This document shows positions 34,215 to 44,561 of a stretch of DNA of 62,505 nt, one piece after another. Both the position numbers and the translations under genes were made by a program. Every line of letters begins with the position of its first letter. The stretch's first letter is position 1. Source of the DNA: a virus (Duplodnaviria > Caudoviricetes); IMG/VR virus record IMGVR_UViG_3300032223_002350, positions 1 through 62,505 of that record. One strand, written 5' to 3'. The notes beneath the pieces are model-generated. The model was not told where the DNA came from. It searched no databases and saw only the letters and a program-made list of their open reading frames with translations.

Positions 34215-36521
34215 CTAATGTGCATCTTTCCAATTTTTTCCTATTGCTGCTGGTGCTTTAAGCTTTATGCTGATCTTTGTTGTATTCTCCATGCACTCTT
34301 GTACTATTGCAGCGCACTCCTCTGCATGTTGTTCTGGTGCCTCTGTCACAATCTGGTCATGAATCTGAGCACAAACCCAACCTTTTATATTATGTTTTTT
34401 AAGCTCTCTGTTGATTGCTATAGCTGCTCTATTTACAATTGATGCTGATAAACCTTGAATTTGTACATTGCGAGAATTATTAACACCATTAACATAATCC
34501 CTATAAATCTTAGTGACTTTCTCCTTACCATATTGTTTAGATAGCATATTTCTAATCTGCCAGTCTAATATTCCATCTCCAAGTGAATCATATATTTTTT
34601 TGACTTTACTTAAGTGTCTAATACGTCCTACTTGAGTCTTAACATATCCTAAAGTCTGTGCTTGGAGTTTTGAGTCTGCCATCCACTGCTTCAATGCCGG
34701 AAAGCCGTTGAGGTATCCATCTACTAAAACTTGAGCCTTCTTCTGTGGTATGTCGAGGTTCATTCCTAGCGCGTAAGCTCCCATGCCGTAAGGGATCCCA
34801 AGCGCGTATGCTTTGGCTTTGTTCCTGAGCTGTGGCGCGTGCTTTCTGAGGAAGTTCTCTGCTTTTTTATCAGGAGAGTACTGATCAAGCTTCTCTGTCT
34901 TTATCGCGATCGTGGAGTAGAAGTCCCAGTTGTTCCTGAAGATGTCCTTGAGTCCTTCATCACCTGAAACATGGGCGAATACGTGAGGTTCCAAAGATTC
35001 ATAGTCACAATCAATAAAGCTATTTCCAGTATCAGATATAAAGAATGCTCTTACTAAATTTGTATATTCTACGACTATTGGATCATCTTCACCTTCTTCT
35101 TTTGGTCTTGGAAGTTGCTGCGCATCTGAGCCATATCTACCTGATACTGTGCCATGTTGTTTGTAATAAAAATAATATCTACCATCTTCTTGTGCATCTA
35201 GAAAACGATCCATGTATGTAGACTTAATCTTTAGTAACTTACCATATATCCTTAGTTTAGATGCCCAAGAATGTTGATCAGCAATACTTTGGATAAGATC
35301 ATCATCAAATTGAGGTTTACCTTTCTTTGTATTTGATAGAGGTTTTATTCCAAGTGCAGTGAATGCTATGTCGCCCATTTGATCTTTAGACTGTATATTA
35401 AAGAAAGTACCATCATTGTCTCTTTTCCATAATCTCATACTTATTTTTTGTAGATCTGCTTCGTCAATTACAAATTCATGTCCACCCATAAGAAAAGTCT
35501 TTGCTGGAGAATCTGGAAGTTTGGATAGTGTTGTTTGGGTAATACTGTACCTGCTTGAAATACCTGACTTTGGTAGAGGAAGATCGAAGTACGCAACTGT
35601 CTCCTGTGCATATGATCCTTTATTACTTGGTGGAAATGATTCAACTGCTTTATGTATTATCCAATCTTTGACCTCTTGTCTACCCATAAGATCCTCAACT
35701 ACAAGATCATAGTATCTTTTCATATCAAGATCTATTCTATCCCTGGAAGATTTAATGGTATCAATATCGAGCTTTACGCCTTTATCTTCCATTGGAATTG
35801 TTACCTCTTTATAAAGTGGCATAACTTCATCAACAAAGAAGAAGTCTTCAAGTCCTTCATCTTTTATCTTTTGTAAATAGTAATTGTATACTCGTAATGT
35901 AAGATCGGTATCAGCACATGCATACTTAGACAGAATATCTATATCTGCTTTCCAAATCTCGTAGTTCTCCTTTGTAGTTGAACCACCATTTGCATTGATT
36001 GACGCTTTTAGTTCAAGCTGCTCCTGATTTGCCTCAGTCTCAATGTCAATACCAATCGAGGTCTGTATGCTCTTGGCTATTTCCTTGAGAGCAAAAGTTC
36101 CTTGACCATACTCTGAATTTGCACCCTCTTCTTGGACTGTATGCACCATGAGAATTGTATCTGCATGTATAGAGTCTATAAGATCTACTCCATAGAAATT
36201 CTTAACAAATCTAGTATCAAATGAGAGGTTGTGACCGATGATCTTCTTGCCTATAAGCATCGTAATAATTCTCTTTGCTATATCATGACATAATACATCA
36301 TCAATCTTAGCGTCCTGGAGCTCACCATTGACAAATAACATTGTTGGCATATAGTAACCTAGGCCTACTTCACCTGAGACAGAAAAGCCTATTATCTTGC
36401 CTCGTCTAGGATTTAGGGAGTTTGTTTCCGTATCAAAGGAAATGAGATCATGTTTTTGGATGTGAGCTATCATTTGCCTCACTACATCCAAAGTAGCTAC
36501 TTTCAAATATGTCCTTGTCAT
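34215..36521 (-). CDS. polA: family A DNA polymerase with 3'-5' exonuclease
   Basis: FDTET, GHNLSFD, YACAD, SGR, DYESLE, KAYALGIPYG, QIHD. Start placed at MTRTYL. Confidence 0.93.
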   Translation of the reverse strand: MTRTYLKVATLDVVRQMIAHIQKHDLISFDTETNSLNPRRGKIIGFSVSGEVGLGYYMPTMLFVNGELQDAKIDDVLCHDIAKRIITMLIGKKIIGHNLSFDTRFVKNFYGVDLIDSIHADTILMVHTVQEEGANSEYGQGTFALKEIAKSIQTSIGIDIETEANQEQLELKASINANGGSTTKENYEIWKADIDILSKYACADTDLTLRVYNYYLQKIKDEGLEDFFFVDEVMPLYKEVTIPMEDKGVKLDIDTIKSSRDRIDLDMKRYYDLVVEDLMGRQEVKDWIIHKAVESFPPSNKGSYAQETVAYFDLPLPKSGISSRYSITQTTLSKLPDSPAKTFLMGGHEFVIDEADLQKISMRLWKRDNDGTFFNIQSKDQMGDIAFTALGIKPLSNTKKGKPQFDDDLIQSIADQHSWASKLRIYGKLLKIKSTYMDRFLDAQEDGRYYFYYKQHGTVSGRYGSDAQQLPRPKEEGEDDPIVVEYTNLVRAFFISDTGNSFIDCDYESLEPHVFAHVSGDEGLKDIFRNNWDFYSTIAIKTEKLDQYSPDKKAENFLRKHAPQLRNKAKAYALGIPYGMGAYALGMNLDIPQKKAQVLVDGYLNGFPALKQWMADSKLQAQTLGYVKTQVGRIRHLSKVKKIYDSLGDGILDWQIRNMLSKQYGKEKVTKIYRDYVNGVNNSRNVQIQGLSASIVNRAAIAINRELKKHNIKGWVCAQIHDQIVTEAPEQHAEECAAIVQECMENTTKISIKLKAPAAIGKNWKDAH

Positions 36522-36702
36522 AAACTTTATTTTTCTTGTATGGGAATAACTTATTGAGTCTACTCTGACGCCTTTCACATCCACAGTCTTCTAAACCTAA
36601 AACTTTTTTAGCAAACCACATAGACAAACGATCCAGTCCAAATAAATGGGTGAATCGTGCTATTGTATCTCCAAGACCTCTACTCTTTGTCTTTCTTTGC
36701 AT
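36508..36702 (-). CDS. small phage protein (SRGLGDTI...DCGCERR)
   Basis: Recognisable motif. The ORF track extends it to 36448, overlapping polA, so the 3' limit is uncertain. Confidence 0.6.
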
Positions 36703-36886
36703 TTATCTTTTTTTCTACCTCTGTTAATGCTCCTGCGATATTGAGTATCATATTCTGAACTTGGAGCCAAAGTGTATTATGATCCTGTCTTAGTCTATGT
36801 ATAAGTCTAAATTGGTATACCTGCATTATCATGAGTATGAATATCACAATGAGGTAAAATGTCTGTTGCGTAACGGTAAATGTCAT
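36680..36886 (-). CDS. small membrane-anchored protein
   Basis: N-terminal TM plus coiled coil. Confidence 0.65.
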   Translation of the reverse strand: MTFTVTQQTFYLIVIFILMIMQVYQFRLIHRLRQDHNTLWLQVQNMILNIAGALTEVEKKINAKKDKE

Positions 36887-36935
36887 ATTTAAATGTATAA
36901 CTTTTTTATGAGAATATAAAATTTAAATCTTGAGT

Positions 36936-38789
36936 CTATACTAAGCATGCTCCGCCAGCACATGCGACTTGGTCCTTAAGATCTGTATTATCTTCAGCTT
37001 CTATTACCAGACTTAGATCAATATTTGAAAGTGATCTCATCATCTCTTCATACTTCTCTTGAGTGCATTCTTCAAAAGGCGCTTGAATGTAACTTCCTCC
37101 ATCGTAATTTAGCACTGATAATCCATTATAGCAAGTCCTATTCTCCCACATCCACTCACCCACTGTCTCCCATTCATTGTCTTTTATTGAAATTGTGGCT
37201 GAGATATTGTGCGTGTTTTGACCTGTTCTATGTCCTGGTTTGATCCAATTGTTGTAGAAGTATTTTACTCTCTCAAGCAGATCTATTGCTGACTCTGTTC
37301 TGAGTATTGATCCAGCTGGTGCTTTTTGAGGAACTGAGATTATTGCTGTGCTGTGTGGTTTAAAGTACTCGTCTTGTACAAGCTCTGGGTGATATAGGCT
37401 GAGGTATGTGTATATTGCTTCATTCTTGCCTACTCTTACATTTCTGATATAGTATTCGCTATGCCACGCATGTATGCCAGAAGATGTGCCCAGGACTAAA
37501 GAAGATGTGCCTGATGGTTTTATTGTAGTGCAACGGGCTGCAGTATTGATTCCTATTGCTTTTGCTATGCCCGCATTTGTCTCTTTTACTATGAGTGCTG
37601 CTTTTTTAAGATCTAGCTTTTGTGCTACTCCAGATCCAATACCTGTCATTCCAACTCCAATCAAGGCTTCCTTTTCAGTTGTCTTCTGCCATATAGGTCT
37701 TAGATAGTGAAAGTTTGTATATCCTGCTTGTAGAGTTCCGATAATTGTTGCTGCTTTTACTCTGCTATTTAAGTCATCTTGATCTACTACATCTGAAACA
37801 TTTACCTCACATAGATTACAGAACTGATATGGTCTAAGCGCTATTTCGCAACACGGATTAGTTCCCCAATCCTTATCATTATTTAAATATATACCTGGTT
37901 CTCCTGCTCCTGAGTTTTTAATCTTATCCCAAAGCTCCATGAAAAACTCCTTTGTAATTCTATTTCTTAAGAGTACTGCTGAATTATTTGCTCTGCCTCT
38001 TTGTGGATTAAGTTCCCACCATTGACCAGACTTACATGAGATCATATCCTCGTCATCTGCAGAAAAAAGTGATATTAAAGCTGCTCTTCTAATACCACCA
38101 GCAAGTACTGCATCAGCTATATGACACACCATATCATGAACTTCTATAGGACTTAGTTTGTCTCCATCTTCTTTCTGACTGAGTATACCGTCTAACATTA
38201 ATAGACATTCTTTTAGTGGCTGAGGACCTGGAGCTTTACCACCTGAAGTAATCAACATTGCACCTTTTGGACGTATATCAGAAAAGTCAAAATTTATTGT
38301 AGATCCTCCTTTGAAATATGATTTAACCAGAGCTTTGACTGCATCTGCCCAACCTTCTATTGAGTCTCCTATTAAAAATCTTGTGTGCTTTTTTGGATTT
38401 GGTTTTCTTATCTCTGGAAGTTTTTCTACATGATGTTTTTGCACAGAGAAACCAACTCCTGTGCCTCCAAGCAAAAGAAACATTGTCTCAGAAAATGCGT
38501 GAATATCATCTATTGGAAGATATGCACAATTATAAACACGATTTGGAGATATTTCTATTGACTTACCACCAAATTGTAGACTTCTCATAGACGGAAGTAC
38601 TTTCTTATCATACACATATCCATATGCCCAATCTATTTCAATTTCCATATTAGGATACTTCTTGAGATGCATTGCCTTGTTTCTATCTACCAATTCTTCC
38701 CAAGACTCTCGTTTTTGTGATTCTGGTAAATATTTCGAATATTTCATATGTATCGTGATATCCGATAGTATTTCCTGTGCTACGTTCAT
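36936..38789 (-). CDS. nrdJ: class II (B12-dependent) ribonucleotide reductase
   Basis: PSMR, YNC, GGIRRAA, TNPCCEI, TIKPSGT, C-terminal CAGGAC. Confidence 0.93.
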   Translation of the reverse strand: MNVAQEILSDITIHMKYSKYLPESQKRESWEELVDRNKAMHLKKYPNMEIEIDWAYGYVYDKKVLPSMRSLQFGGKSIEISPNRVYNCAYLPIDDIHAFSETMFLLLGGTGVGFSVQKHHVEKLPEIRKPNPKKHTRFLIGDSIEGWADAVKALVKSYFKGGSTINFDFSDIRPKGAMLITSGGKAPGPQPLKECLLMLDGILSQKEDGDKLSPIEVHDMVCHIADAVLAGGIRRAALISLFSADDEDMISCKSGQWWELNPQRGRANNSAVLLRNRITKEFFMELWDKIKNSGAGEPGIYLNNDKDWGTNPCCEIALRPYQFCNLCEVNVSDVVDQDDLNSRVKAATIIGTLQAGYTNFHYLRPIWQKTTEKEALIGVGMTGIGSGVAQKLDLKKAALIVKETNAGIAKAIGINTAARCTTIKPSGTSSLVLGTSSGIHAWHSEYYIRNVRVGKNEAIYTYLSLYHPELVQDEYFKPHSTAIISVPQKAPAGSILRTESAIDLLERVKYFYNNWIKPGHRTGQNTHNISATISIKDNEWETVGEWMWENRTCYNGLSVLNYDGGSYIQAPFEECTQEKYEEMMRSLSNIDLSLVIEAEDNTDLKDQVACAGGACLV

Positions 38790-38868
38790 TTTTGCTTAAA
38801 TTTTAAAAATAGTTTATAACTTGGGCTCTGAGATGAGTCCATCAAATTGATTTTAGTAGATTGTTGTG

Positions 38869-39069
38869 TTACTTACCTGGGATAGTAGTATTACCTGATG
38901 TAGCTGGGGTTTTAGACTGCATATTTTTTAACTTTGTAGTATTCATGCTCTTTTGATTTGTTGAATTAAGAGCAGCTATGCTATCATTATATTTGTCAGA
39001 AGTTTCATTAGTTCTGAAACCATCCCCCTTTATTGCCTTATTAAATAGATCTATTATAAAGTTTGCCAT
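38869..39069 (-). CDS. small late protein
   Basis: 66-aa ORF with the late motif at 39093-39100. Confidence 0.6.
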   Translation of the reverse strand: MANFIIDLFNKAIKGDGFRTNETSDKYNDSIAALNSTNQKSMNTTKLKNMQSKTPATSGNTTIPGK

Positions 39070-39106
39070 ATTTGTTTATTTTCTTCGTATTAATAAATAT
39101 CTGAAA

Positions 39107-40492
39107 TTACTGAGAAAGTTCAAAGAATTTTTTACTGAGTATAGATTTTTCTTCAAAAGTTAAACTAGAATTATTAGCAGTCTTAAATGTGTTGTTTGTA
39201 TTTGCTTGCATCTGCTGTATTTCTTCTTCTGTTAGTTCAGTCTCATCTATCTTTATTGTGCCATTATCTGTGTCTATCATTGCATTATATGTCATACCAT
39301 CTCCGCCATATCTATTTTTCATGATATGCACTCTGCCTGTTTTATTTATCTTATCTGCTCTTTTTCTAGATAGTGACATAATAAAATCAGCAATCATAAT
39401 CTTGTTATAAGATCCAGCAGCCTTGTCACCTTCTACAATATCATCCTTTGCTCCAGCCCTATTTACTTGAGATACTGACCATATTGGAGTATTTAACTCT
39501 CTTGCCATGCCTTTGACTGCCATATACACATCATCAATCTCATCTTTTACTTCTCCACCAACTCGCTTTGACTTTAAAAGATCAATATAGTCAATAATAA
39601 TGAGATCTGGTTTATGTCCCATATCAGTGCATTTTCTTATATGAGATTCTATTTTATTGACAGTTGTTTTGCCCATTGGAAATTCAGCTATCGTTAATTT
39701 GCCTGGTAGATTTGCTACTGTTTCTTCTACCTTGCTGCGATGTAAATGAACTTCCTTAAAACCAATACTAGTAAATACAGAGTCATATCTCTTGCCTGTA
39801 TAAATATCTGATAGTTCAAGTGTATAATGATTGACTGTGAGACCTTGTTTAACTGCCTTTGCTCCTAAATTTACAAGAAACCAAGACTTACCTGAACCTG
39901 GACCACCGAATATAATACCGAGATCTCCTCTGCCAAGTCCTCCCATTAAATGTTGGTTTATATTTGTCCATGGAGTAGGCACAGCTTTTCTATCATCTTC
40001 TCTATATCTTTGCTCTATGTCTTGAAGATATTCATGTCCTATATTTTTATCTGATCCTGCTTTGAGTGCTGAATCAATAATAACTCTGATATCTTCAAAC
40101 TGCCCCTTTGAAAGAAGATCAACTGAATTTAAAAGTGCCTTCTTTAATTGCTGATTTTTACAGAAGCTTGAAAATTCCTGCTCGATATAAACTTTGTCTT
40201 CATTTGACGTTTTTAGTGCCTCTTTAAGCTGCTCTGCTACTGACACTTTTAAGACTTCATTATCTATCTTCTTGACCTCGATCTGAAGAAATTCGAGTGA
40301 CGGTGTTGTGTGATATTTGTAATAATATTTTAAGATATCTTTGACTATCCACTGTGATGCTGGAGAATCAAACATTTCTGGTTCTACTACGTCATGAATT
40401 GTCTGTAGAAATTCTTTGTGTTTTAAAAGACTTGATAAGACTTTTACTTGAAAACCAGATCCATACGCATTAAGCGTGTTTAATTGTGCCAT
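39107..40492 (-). CDS. dnaB: DnaB/gp41-like replicative helicase
   Basis: GGPGSGKS, TLEL, IIIDYID, SQVNR, KNRYG. Confidence 0.92.
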   Translation of the reverse strand: MAQLNTLNAYGSGFQVKVLSSLLKHKEFLQTIHDVVEPEMFDSPASQWIVKDILKYYYKYHTTPSLEFLQIEVKKIDNEVLKVSVAEQLKEALKTSNEDKVYIEQEFSSFCKNQQLKKALLNSVDLLSKGQFEDIRVIIDSALKAGSDKNIGHEYLQDIEQRYREDDRKAVPTPWTNINQHLMGGLGRGDLGIIFGGPGSGKSWFLVNLGAKAVKQGLTVNHYTLELSDIYTGKRYDSVFTSIGFKEVHLHRSKVEETVANLPGKLTIAEFPMGKTTVNKIESHIRKCTDMGHKPDLIIIDYIDLLKSKRVGGEVKDEIDDVYMAVKGMARELNTPIWSVSQVNRAGAKDDIVEGDKAAGSYNKIMIADFIMSLSRKRADKINKTGRVHIMKNRYGGDGMTYNAMIDTDNGTIKIDETELTEEEIQQMQANTNNTFKTANNSSLTFEEKSILSKKFFELSQ

Positions 40493-40508
40493 AACTTTTT
40501 ATATGTAT

Positions 40509-41522
40509 TTATTTATATTCTGCTAAATATTTGAAATTTGTAAAGAGCCAAGAAGATAAATTTGTTATACTTTGTCCCAGTTGATCCTCATTATATATCT
40601 CAGTAAACTCTGCTGGATAATATTCTTTCTTTGGGTTATCCATCATATTATTGACCTCTTCTATAGACTCCTCTGGTATATTTGGTTCATCTAAGTCCAT
40701 TAGCTTTTTATTGATCTCAAGCTGACTTCTAAACTCATATATCTTTTTAAGCATTGGAATTTTATTACCTTTGCATTTCTCTATGATATGCTCTAGATCA
40801 ATAGTACTACTTTCTCCTAATTCTGGAAAATGTTTTAGCAAAGTCTTGATGCCTAATCCTTTTACTCCAGGAACATTATCCCCTTTGTCCCCTAATAGTA
40901 CTTTCTGTGTTAGGAAATTATGTGATGTTACTTCATATTCACTAAGCACATCTTTTGGAGAATAGAACTTCTTTTTTGTAGGAGAGTATATGCTGATTCT
41001 ATCTGATGCAAGCTGAAGATAATCACGATCAGAAGACATTATAGTGACCTCTTTTCCTATGCGTTTTGCGATATATCCTATGACATCATCTGCCTCTATT
41101 TTGTCTATTGATAGTAGATCTATAGGAAGACATTTAAGATAGTCCACAAGCCTTATAAGCTGGTTCTTGATAGCATCAGACTCTTCTTCTTGGGAATCAA
41201 ACATATCCCAGTTAGTAATTCTCTTCATACCCCTATTAGCTTTGTATTCAGGGTAGAGGTAACGTTTATTTGTTGAGCTACCTCTACCATCAAATACTAC
41301 TATGACTCGTGTTGGCCTTACCAGTCTCATTCCATACGCCATTGACTTAAGAAATCCAGTTAGCGCTCCTATATGTTGTCCTGCTGGGTTTACATGCTGG
41401 ATCATTGCAAAGGACCTTAAAAAGTTGTTGAGTCCGTCTATTATGAAGACCTTTGAATTTATGCTCAAGTCCTCCTTCTCGTTCGTCAATGAATCGAGGA
41501 TATCTTGGTAATTTGTGGCCAT
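40509..41522 (-). CDS. 5'-3' exonuclease / RNase H (FEN-like)
   Basis: IDGLN, VFDG, YKANR, EADDVI, SSDRD, GDKGDNVPGV. Confidence 0.92.
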   Translation of the reverse strand: MATNYQDILDSLTNEKEDLSINSKVFIIDGLNNFLRSFAMIQHVNPAGQHIGALTGFLKSMAYGMRLVRPTRVIVVFDGRGSSTNKRYLYPEYKANRGMKRITNWDMFDSQEEESDAIKNQLIRLVDYLKCLPIDLLSIDKIEADDVIGYIAKRIGKEVTIMSSDRDYLQLASDRISIYSPTKKKFYSPKDVLSEYEVTSHNFLTQKVLLGDKGDNVPGVKGLGIKTLLKHFPELGESSTIDLEHIIEKCKGNKIPMLKKIYEFRSQLEINKKLMDLDEPNIPEESIEEVNNMMDNPKKEYYPAEFTEIYNEDQLGQSITNLSSWLFTNFKYLAEYK

Positions 41523-41533
41523 GTTTTTAAGTT

Positions 41534-42622
41534 TTATTCTTCTGAATTATCTATCATGCTTGCATTACTATCTTCTTCCTCTACTACATCAAAATCTATA
41601 GATCCAAGTACTGCTAACCACTCATGAGAATGTTCTTTCTTGTACTTTTCAATATCTTTCTTGTCAGTTTTATCATCATTTATGAATCCATGTACTGTCA
41701 TGATCGCCCTTCCAGCCGCTGTAACTCCAGTGATATGATTTTTGTCACAGCTTAACCTTGTTCTTTTTGCAAACTCAACTGTCTTTCCATTCTTGCTGGC
41801 ACTGATCTTATTCGTTCCTGCCTTTGCAATATTACCGAATGTAATTACTAATGAAGCATCAAACCACATTGTATTACCGCCTTTATTCTGGAGAGTTGGT
41901 TGTCCCATTCTCACTTCAGGTTTTGCTACCCAGACCTTATTAATTGCCACGAGTGTATTGGTATATGGTTGACTTTCTTTTCTGGACATGATAATTCTCT
42001 GATTGATAAAATTACCAAACTGCTGACTCATAGCACCCGCATTCCACTCATTATTATTGGAATTTGATTCTATGCTTAAACGACATGGTATAGATCCTAC
42101 AGAGTCCCAGAAGAAGCATATATCATAAGGAAGATTACCTTTCTTCTGCTCATCTAAAATATCCGCCATAAATCCTGCTACGTCTTCTACACATTGCATC
42201 TTTTCTCTGTCAATATATAAAAAGAAACCATTATAATCAACCACTTCTCCAGTTGAACTATCAGCTACTTCATCAAATTGCAACCCCATTGATCTTGCAT
42301 GTTCCCAAGACCATTTCATCTCGGTAATTATAAAGACTGGAAGTATGCCCATTTTCTGAGCCTGTACTGCTGCTTCTAATAATGCTGTGGTTTTTCCAGT
42401 ATCTGAGTGTCCTCGTAAAAGTGTTATATGTCCTATTGGTATGCCTGGGATCTGAAGTGTATCGCTAAAGGCTTTTGATAAAGGTATCCATCTAGTCTCT
42501 TTGAATTTTACAGATGTGCTTGATAGATTTTTGGACTTTTTAAATTTGTCCAGATTAAACTCGCCTTTGATGGCTGTAGAGAGAGCCCCATTGAGGCCCT
42601 CTTTTTTTGTAGCTTTTGCCAT
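41534..42622 (-). CDS. recA: RecA/UvsX-like recombinase
   Basis: GHSDTGKT Walker A, ITE, WDSVG, KGG. Confidence 0.85.
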   Translation of the reverse strand: MAKATKKEGLNGALSTAIKGEFNLDKFKKSKNLSSTSVKFKETRWIPLSKAFSDTLQIPGIPIGHITLLRGHSDTGKTTALLEAAVQAQKMGILPVFIITEMKWSWEHARSMGLQFDEVADSSTGEVVDYNGFFLYIDREKMQCVEDVAGFMADILDEQKKGNLPYDICFFWDSVGSIPCRLSIESNSNNNEWNAGAMSQQFGNFINQRIIMSRKESQPYTNTLVAINKVWVAKPEVRMGQPTLQNKGGNTMWFDASLVITFGNIAKAGTNKISASKNGKTVEFAKRTRLSCDKNHITGVTAAGRAIMTVHGFINDDKTDKKDIEKYKKEHSHEWLAVLGSIDFDVVEEEDSNASMIDNSEE

Positions 42623-42638
42623 ATAACTTTTATATTAA

Positions 42639-43487
42639 TTAGATATTGAAGAGATCATCGATAGCCTTGTCAGCATCTGTCTTCTTAGTACTCAATGAAA
42701 AAGATTTAGTCTCTTTTTTCTTTGGCTTTTCTTCTTCTTTTTCCCAAGGAAGATCTCCACCTGGTATTTCTGGAGCATTATCTACTACTGCTGGTACTTC
42801 CTGTTTTTCTGATTCTTCTTCAGGATTTAGATGAGCTTGCAATGCTGCTTTCATATCATCATAAGAGTAGTGCTTATATGTCTCTAGAGGATTAGGTTGC
42901 TCTGTAAGCCATTTTTTAACTAGTTTCTCATCATCTGATAGTGGAGTTACTTTGCCACGAACTCGAACTTTAGATTGGTTATAATTTGTACCATTCTGCT
43001 CTGGTGATGTTGTTTCAATAGTAATATCACGACCAGAAATAGGATCTGTGTAATCACCAACATCTTCATCTTCCATGATTGCAAGAAGCTCCATGAAAAC
43101 TTGCTTACCGAATTCCCAAAGCATAACGCCTTTATCTTCCTCTCCACGTACAATGACCGGTACCATGACCCTCATCTTCGGCTCCATCTTTCTTGCCGCT
43201 TGCCAATCTTCTTTTACTGAAGTCTTACGCAGCTTCTGAGTGAACTCTGCTATAGGATCTTTTTCACCAAAGCATGAAGGAGCCATCATTGTCTTGTTAT
43301 TAATTCCATAGTAGATAAAAATCTCCTTAAATGGATTTGTCTTATCAAAAACAGACGGGAGTATTCTCACCGAGTGCTTTCCTACTGCTGCTCTCCAAAG
43401 CGTCTTAGGTTGATCTCCACCTTTTGCGCCTTTTGGGTTCTGTAATGCAGCTAATCGTGCCTTGAGGGCGTTTACATCAATTGCCAT
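42639..43487 (-). CDS. gp32-like single-stranded DNA-binding protein
   Basis: VRILP, YTDP..GRDI, acidic tail; located next to the recombinase. Confidence 0.8.
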   Translation of the reverse strand: MAIDVNALKARLAALQNPKGAKGGDQPKTLWRAAVGKHSVRILPSVFDKTNPFKEIFIYYGINNKTMMAPSCFGEKDPIAEFTQKLRKTSVKEDWQAARKMEPKMRVMVPVIVRGEEDKGVMLWEFGKQVFMELLAIMEDEDVGDYTDPISGRDITIETTSPEQNGTNYNQSKVRVRGKVTPLSDDEKLVKKWLTEQPNPLETYKHYSYDDMKAALQAHLNPEEESEKQEVPAVVDNAPEIPGGDLPWEKEEEKPKKKETKSFSLSTKKTDADKAIDDLFNI

Positions 43488-43548
43488 ATTTTAAACTATT
43501 TGTTTATAAAAAGAATATAATCATTAAGATTGATCTAGAAAAATAGAT

Positions 43549-43971
43549 CTACGAAGTCGCCACTATTTTGTGCACGATTGTATTAAGACGTCTGAACTCA
43601 GAGCCTTGTGTAAGCAGCATAGAATTTCTATATTCTGCCCAATTAATTGGAAACTTATTATCCATCATGCCATTATTAAGGCTTATGATTAGAGTATTAA
43701 GGGCATTTATTGTATAGAGGGTATTTGTTTCTTTCTTTCTGTGAAGTAGGATCGTATTATTAAGCATTCTAGTCTCAGGACCTTCTACTTCAATATTATA
43801 CGTGCACATGTACTCATCCGACTCTGGAGATGCGAGTACGAATATTTTGTTATATAGAATCTTATATTGACTGTTTATTTCAACCAATCTCTCTTCGAGT
43901 CTATCTTTAGAAGTAAAGCTGCAAAAGAGCCTATTCATTAGTGAGTCTTGCGTTAACGTGATCATTATCAT
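43549..43971 (-). CDS. conserved hypothetical phage protein
   Basis: LFCSF...HRKKETNTLYTINALN; late motif at 43987-43994. Confidence 0.75.
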   Translation of the reverse strand: MIMITLTQDSLMNRLFCSFTSKDRLEERLVEINSQYKILYNKIFVLASPESDEYMCTYNIEVEGPETRMLNNTILLHRKKETNTLYTINALNTLIISLNNGMMDNKFPINWAEYRNSMLLTQGSEFRRLNTIVHKIVATS

Positions 43972-44015
43972 AACCTGCTTGTTTTTATAAATATATACTA
44001 TTTGTTGATAATTTT

Positions 44016-44561
44016 TTATATATAAATTTGTAATTTAATATTTCCTCCTCTATCTTCAATCATCTTTTTTATTTCTTTTTTTGAGTATTTTTTAGATATT
44101 GGAGTGTCACTTAAGTATAAACTTCCACCGACTTCTAGGTTATTAGGCAGAGAGGTTATTTTAGTATTCATTAAATTTAAACTTCCACCGACTTCTAGGT
44201 TATCAGGCAGAGAGGTTATTTTAGTATCTCTTAAGTATAAACTTCCACCGACTTCTAGGTTATCAGGCAGAGAGGTTATTGGAGTGCCGCTTAAATCTAA
44301 ATATCTACCAACTTTAAGGTTATCAGGCAGAGAGGTTATTTTAGTATTCATTAAATTTAAACTTCCACCGACTTCTAGGTTATTAGGCAGAGAGGTTATT
44401 GGAGTGCCGCTTAAGTTTAAATCTCCCACTCCACCATCTTTGATATACTGTTGAATTTTCTTTTGGAGAGCTATAGCATAGTTCTTTTGGCGTTCTTCAG
44501 GAGAACGTCTTGGGACTAATATCTTGTTATCCTCTTTTAAAAAAGAAATTAATTTTATCAT
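44016..44561 (-). CDS. LRR-like repeat protein with MIKL..LKE leader
   Basis: About 5.5 repeats of 20 aa (60 nt), LEVGGSLxLxxTxITSLPxN, at 44100-44420. Confidence 0.8.
   Translation of the reverse strand: MIKLISFLKEDNKILVPRRSPEERQKNYAIALQKKIQQYIKDGGVGDLNLSGTPITSLPNNLEVGGSLNLMNTKITSLPDNLKVGRYLDLSGTPITSLPDNLEVGGSLYLRDTKITSLPDNLEVGGSLNLMNTKITSLPNNLEVGGSLYLSDTPISKKYSKKEIKKMIEDRGGNIKLQIYI

Noticed and set aside
34215-40492. Inteins or introns in polA, nrdJ or the helicase
   Set aside because: Lengths are normal, the frames are uninterrupted and no intein splice motifs were seen.
44100-44420. 60-bp periodic repeats as CRISPR repeat-spacer units
   Set aside because: The variable parts recur and the whole tract encodes LRR-like repeats in frame.
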